Source: Patescibacteria group bacterium (lineage in GTDB: Bacteria > Patescibacteriota > Minisyncoccia > Phycocordibacterales > UBA9973). Taken from it: 64,000 bases of DNA. Positions 60,891 to 64,000 of the stretch are shown in pieces. Positions within the stretch are counted from its first letter, which is position 1, and the number at the start of each line of letters is the position of its first letter. Under the pieces are notes generated by a model that was not told where the DNA came from, did not search any database, and was given only the letters and a program-made list of their open reading frames with translations. Location: positions 20,530 through 84,529 of the forward strand of contig JBBTUV010000004.1 of NCBI GenBank assembly GCA_038063535.1, given 5' to 3'. The translations under genes were made by a program, and so were the position numbers.

Positions 60891-62627
60891 ATGGAGGCAC
60901 AAACTAGAAAGTGCCAGAATTGTAAGCACGACTTCACTATCGAGCCCAACGATTTCGGTTTCTATGAAAAAATAAAAGTTCCCCCGCCGACATTTTGCCC
61001 TGATTGCCGAAGGCAAAGGCGTTGGGCTTGGAGAAACAATGTTTCGCTTTACAATCGCAAGTGCAATCTCTGTGAAAAATCTGTTATCTCGATCTATGCG
61101 CCTGATTCAGGGCTTACTATTTATTGCAATAAATGCTGGTGGAGCGACAAATGGGATCCGAAATCCTACGGCGTTGACTATGATTTTTCTAAACCTTTTT
61201 TCACGCAATTTCGAGAACTTTTACAAAAAGTTCCGCAAATGGCAATTGTAAATGACGACGGAATTGCATCGCTCAATTGCGAATACACGCATGATTGGTG
61301 GTTTTCTAAAAATTGCTACATGTGTATCTCGGGGTGGCACACAGAAAATACTATGTATAGTCACTTTATACTTGCAGGCAAAAATATGGTGGATTGTAAT
61401 ATTATTCGATCAGAGAGCGAATGGCTTTATGAATGTTTTATGTGTTCACATTGTTATCAAGTTAAAAACTCTGAATACAATCTTGCGTGCATAGATTCAC
61501 AATTCATTTTTGACTGCAGGGATTGCTCAAATTGTTTTATGTCATATGGGCTTCGTGGAAAAAAATATCATTTTAAAAATAAACTTTATTCTAAAGAACA
61601 GTACGAAGAGATTATAAAAAATTATAATTTAGATACTTGGGTTGGGGTTGAACAAGCTCAAAAAGAATTTGATTTATTTCTTCTTTCTTATCCTCGCAGA
61701 TTTACTCAAATTTTTCAGAGTCTCAACTGCACGGGCAACCTCATTTCTCAAGCAAAAAACTCAAAAAATTGCTTTATAGTAAAAAACGCAGAAAATTGCA
61801 GCTATTGTGATTATGTGGGAGACACTACAAAAACCACAAAGGATTGCTATGACCTTACGACCTCGGGGGGCTTGTCAGAAAGTTATGAGGGAATGGTTTT
61901 GGATCATTCCCAGCTAAATCTATTTGGAGTTTTTTCGGTCAAAAGCCAAGATATTCAATATACCCAGCATTGCCACAATGTGAAGCACGCGATTGGTTGC
62001 GTGGGGGTTCGGAGTTCAAATTATTGCATTTTCAATAAGCAATACACAAAAGAGGAGTATCAGAGACTTTTACCGAAAATTATAGAGCACATGAATGAGA
62101 TGCCATACACAGATAAGCAGGGGATAGAATATAAATATGGCGAATTTTACCCGATTGAACATTCGCCGTTTGGTTATAGCGAAACATTTGCACAAACACT
62201 TGTGCCATTAAAAAGAGAGGAAGCGCTAAAGAGGGGATACAAGTGGCAGGATAATATCCAGCGCACGACAGGGAAGGAAACTTTGAAGCCTAAGGATATT
62301 CCCGAATCAATCAATGACGTGAAAGACGATATATTAGAAGAAGTACTCGCCTGCATCGATTGCGGAAGAAATTACAAAATTGTCGTGAACGAACTCAATT
62401 TTTACCGAAAAATGAACATCCCGATCCCGCGCCGCTGTTTTCACTGCCGGCACGCCACGCGCCTGGCGCGGCAGAACCCGCTCAAGCTCTGGCACCGGCA
62501 GTGTATGTGCACCCTAGAAACTCATGACCACAGGGATAAATGCCCAAATGAATTTGAGACCAGCTACGCACCCGACCGACCAGAGATGGTTTACTGCGAA
62601 AAGTGCTACCAGAAGGAGGTATATTAA
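60891..62627 (+). CDS. Cys-rich repeat protein with homologous N- and C-terminal double zinc-ribbon modules; AT-rich
   Basis: 578 aa. The N-terminal (CQNC...FYEKIKVPPPTFCPDCRRQRRWAWRN...YAPD...YCNKC) and C-terminal (CIDC...FYRKMNIPIPRRCFHCRHATRLARQN...YAPD...YCEKC) modules align. The centre has about 20-aa Cys-containing repeats. GC is about 35 percent. Confidence 0.7.
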   Translation: MEAQTRKCQNCKHDFTIEPNDFGFYEKIKVPPPTFCPDCRRQRRWAWRNNVSLYNRKCNLCEKSVISIYAPDSGLTIYCNKCWWSDKWDPKSYGVDYDFSKPFFTQFRELLQKVPQMAIVNDDGIASLNCEYTHDWWFSKNCYMCISGWHTENTMYSHFILAGKNMVDCNIIRSESEWLYECFMCSHCYQVKNSEYNLACIDSQFIFDCRDCSNCFMSYGLRGKKYHFKNKLYSKEQYEEIIKNYNLDTWVGVEQAQKEFDLFLLSYPRRFTQIFQSLNCTGNLISQAKNSKNCFIVKNAENCSYCDYVGDTTKTTKDCYDLTTSGGLSESYEGMVLDHSQLNLFGVFSVKSQDIQYTQHCHNVKHAIGCVGVRSSNYCIFNKQYTKEEYQRLLPKIIEHMNEMPYTDKQGIEYKYGEFYPIEHSPFGYSETFAQTLVPLKREEALKRGYKWQDNIQRTTGKETLKPKDIPESINDVKDDILEEVLACIDCGRNYKIVVNELNFYRKMNIPIPRRCFHCRHATRLARQNPLKLWHRQCMCTLETHDHRDKCPNEFETSYAPDRPEMVYCEKCYQKEVY

Positions 62628-62651
62628 ACTCTAATCTGTTATAATTTCTAG

Positions 62652-63707
62652 ATGGATTTCATGAACCTGGTGAAGATATTTTTGCCTACGGCGGTGGCGT
62701 TCTTTCTAGGCCTCGCCTTTACGCCGATTGCGACACATTTTTTCTACAAATACAAGATGTGGAAAAAATACTCCAGGAACGGCGCGGTAGATGCGCCGGA
62801 TTTTCCCAGGATTCACGACGAGGTGAGGGAACTCAACACTCCGCGCATCGGAGGCATAATCGTCTGGACCTCGGCGCTCCTCACCACTTGCCTTTTTTCT
62901 TCGATTGCCGTACTTTGGCCTAATCCAGTCACCGAGAAGCTCAATTTTCTCTCACGTAGCCAGACCCTCATCCCATATTTTACCCTCCTTCTGGGGGCGA
63001 TGCTTGGCCTCTGGGAAGACCTGGCGCAGATCTATGGCGATGGGAAACTTGCCCGGGACGATTCCTCTTGGCGCAAATGGAAGGTGTTGCTTGTTTTTAT
63101 TCTCGCCCTTCTGGTCGGGGTCTGGTTTTTCTATAAGCTCGAGCTCACCGGATTTCACATTCCCTGGGGCGGTGAAATCGAGCTAGGTCTTTTGATCATC
63201 CCGTTTTTCGTATTGGTCGCGCTCTTCACTTGGTCTGGGTCCGTGATCGACGGCATCGACGGCCTCGGGGGCGGGGTGCTCGCATCCATCTTCGGTGCAT
63301 ACTCGGCGATTGCCTTTGCCAACAATCAGATCGATCTGGCCGCTTTCTCCGGAGTTATCACCGGGGCGCTTCTCGCATTCCTTTGGTTCAATATCCCGCC
63401 GGCGCGCTTCTATATGGGGGAGACGGGCATGATGGGGCTTACCATCACCCTGGCCACGCTCGCGTTCCTGACCGACTCGGTGCTCATCCTTCCGATCGTA
63501 TCTTTTGTTCTGGTGATTACGTCGCTTTCGGTGATCCTTCAGTTTTTTTCAAAAAAGTTCCGCGGCAAGAGGTTGTTTCGGCTGGCGCCACTCCATCACC
63601 ACTTCGAGGCGATCGGTTGGCCGCCGTACAAAGTGACAATGCGTTTCTGGGTGCTCTCTGTCGTTTTTGCGATTATCGGCATAATCTTAGCCATAATCAG
63701 CCGATAA
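62652..63707 (+). CDS. mraY: Phospho-N-acetylmuramoyl-pentapeptide transferase (MraY; GT4 family, WecA-like not excluded)
   Basis: There are 10 TM helices and the motif DGIDGLGGG. 351 aa. Confidence 0.8.
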   Translation: MDFMNLVKIFLPTAVAFFLGLAFTPIATHFFYKYKMWKKYSRNGAVDAPDFPRIHDEVRELNTPRIGGIIVWTSALLTTCLFSSIAVLWPNPVTEKLNFLSRSQTLIPYFTLLLGAMLGLWEDLAQIYGDGKLARDDSSWRKWKVLLVFILALLVGVWFFYKLELTGFHIPWGGEIELGLLIIPFFVLVALFTWSGSVIDGIDGLGGGVLASIFGAYSAIAFANNQIDLAAFSGVITGALLAFLWFNIPPARFYMGETGMMGLTITLATLAFLTDSVLILPIVSFVLVITSLSVILQFFSKKFRGKRLFRLAPLHHHFEAIGWPPYKVTMRFWVLSVVFAIIGIILAIISR

Positions 63708-63708
63708 A

Positions 63709-64000
63709 ATGAGGCACGCAAGGAGCGAAAGGAAAAAGAAGGTAGACAAATTTTTTCTGACCGTGGTCTTGCTCTTGGCGGGAATCGGGATCGCGATCTT
63801 TATCTCCGCCTCGCTCGGAGTGCTGGCCCGAAGTAAGGACACTTTTTATCAGGTCCTTATAAGCCAGATCGGGCTTGGGATTGGGCTCGGAATCGTCGCG
63901 ATGTATTTCACGAGTAGGATAAACTACAAATTCTGGCGCAAGTCCGCCCTGTTTATTTTTATCGGCACGCTCTTTCTCACCGCGGCGGTTTTTATCCCAT
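63709..64000 (+). CDS. ftsW: SEDS-family protein (FtsW/RodA), N-terminal fragment running off the window
   Basis: A basic N-tail is followed by TM helices typical of FtsW/RodA. It starts 2 nt after the mraY stop. Confidence 0.7.
   Translation, partial: MRHARSERKKKVDKFFLTVVLLLAGIGIAIFISASLGVLARSKDTFYQVLISQIGLGIGLGIVAMYFTSRINYKFWRKSALFIFIGTLFLTAAVFIP

Overview
This 64-kb window reads as a gene-dense stretch of a small, streamlined bacterial genome, probably a Patescibacteria/CPR-like lineage. That placement is an inference from compact forms of IF-2, MetK, AlaRS, AspRS and IMPDH, VirB2/TrbC-like small pilin paralogs, tight gene packing with many 1-4 nt overlaps, and several apparently leaderless starts. 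Most of the window is core housekeeping. A minus-strand cluster of five tRNAs (Leu-CAG, Leu-TAG, Lys-CTT, Leu-TAA, Cys-GCA) and a separate tRNA-Tyr are present. The housekeeping set includes rbfA-infB, clpB, typA, mltG, metK, mnmA, mgtC, alaS, and the infA-rpmJ-rpsM-rpsK-rpsD-rpoA-rplQ block, which runs directly into rplM-rpsI-grpE. That block continues without a break into a large de novo purine biosynthesis cluster: purQ-purF-purN-purD on the plus strand, purA and guaB convergent on the minus strand, then guaA-purH-purE-purM-purC-purB, with prs nearby and no purL/purS/purK seen. Further along are a cell-envelope set (PBP2, D-Ala-D-Ala carboxypeptidase, mraY, ftsW start), recR-dnaB, trpS, aspS, scpAB and pepA. 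Six loci are less ordinary. First, three tandem small two-helix membrane proteins at the 5' end resemble T4SS pilins, and the first is a fused double domain. Second, an SPFH (band-7) protein has a 4-nt-overlapping partner. Third, a probable catalytically dead HtrA-like protease. Fourth, a protein with a sigma-70 region 4 HTH at the N-terminus and a HARE-HTH-like C-terminus. Fifth, a TrpR/YerC-family regulator directly after trpS is followed by a perfect 22-bp palindrome (ATACTAGTATACTAGTAT core) whose tandem CTAG half-sites are spaced 8 bp apart like the classic E. coli trp operator. The palindrome overlaps a promoter-like site upstream of an uncharacterised 478-aa protein. An AT-rich gene and a 600-nt ORF-poor stretch ending in a strong intrinsic terminator (candidate ncRNA) follow. 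Sixth, there are three compositionally anomalous AT-rich genes: an APH-family kinase, a Lys-rich 136-aa protein, and a 578-aa Cys-rich repeat protein with homologous N- and C-terminal zinc-ribbon modules. No CRISPR array, rRNA or obvious transposase is present.
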